A stretch of 64,000 nucleotides of DNA from Octopus vulgaris (Eukaryota). A program made the position numbers and the translations under genes. Below the pieces are notes generated by a model. The model did not search any database, was not told where the DNA came from, and saw only the letters and a list, made by a program, of their open reading frames with translations. This document shows positions 63,448-64,000 of this stretch, in pieces (the stretch's first letter is position 1; the number at the start of each line of letters is the position of its first letter). The stretch lies in the NCBI GenBank assembly GCA_951406725.2, contig OX597820.1, positions 123,070,001 to 123,134,000 of the forward strand. Reading direction: 5' to 3'.

Positions 63448-64000
63448 TGGGTTTCCATATAGTTTCCCCTGCTAAATTTTATTCAGTAAGTATTGATTGA
63501 CCCGAAAGCGCGATATATGTTAACTTTGACGGGTTTCAAGGATTACAAAGAGAAATATTCTCACATTGCAGAAATTTGAGGAAGAAGATCAAAAGTGTGA
63601 TGAAAACTGCAGTTATCTTCGTTGTCAAGCATTTTACTCCAGACTCTCATAAATCAAGACACATCAAGGCCAAATATAAGTCAATTTATCTCAAAGATAA
63701 AGACAGAGCTTCAAAGTTACTGGGGGAAATAGAAATAGTTAAGACAAGAATGCAATGTACACCTCACCAGTCCCTACTTAAGTCAGCCATTATAGATTTC
63801 TTCCTAAGAAATGGTTCAAACAGCCAAGAATTCTAGAAGTTGTTATCTGAAATACTAAACGCCCATTAAAACATCAAACCACAGTAAAACGCGTATCAGT
63901 ATTCGTTTTCTTATTGTTGTTAGTGTTGACATGATTAAGGGTGGGGTAGAGTTAGGCCCTTGATATTGTTGATAGTTGTTAGTTTTGTTGGTGGGCTTAT

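Noticed and set aside
63576-63836. 86-aa K-rich ORF as an exon or retroelement ORF1
   Set aside because: No recognisable motif or splice support; cannot be assigned from sequence alone.

Overview
AT-rich, microsatellite-dense eukaryotic non-coding DNA, intronic or intergenic. It is most likely an Octopus (coleoid cephalopod) genome, inferred from its tRNA-derived SINE families and repeat landscape. No complete host gene is visible, and almost all ORF-track entries are microsatellite translations. The window is a graveyard of mobile elements: RTE LINEs with C-terminal C2H2 zinc fingers, a HERO/NeSL-like LINE, many R4/Dong LINEs near (AAT)n, CR1 fragments, and Penelope-like elements (RT plus GIY-YIG) with hammerhead-ribozyme motifs. 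It also holds four SINE families, non-autonomous Helitrons, a mariner remnant and several MITE/fold-back elements, including a MITE that carries telomeric TTAGGG repeats. The most notable observations are two hammerhead motifs at Penelope 3' ends, a zinc-finger RTE insertion with an apparent twin-priming inversion, repeated ~200-bp local templated duplications, head-to-tail SINE multimers with a fixed junction, and candidate minus-strand exons in the repeat-poor 36-38 kb and 25.8 kb regions. I see no clearly intact novel multi-gene system. All calls are by eye, with no database searches.
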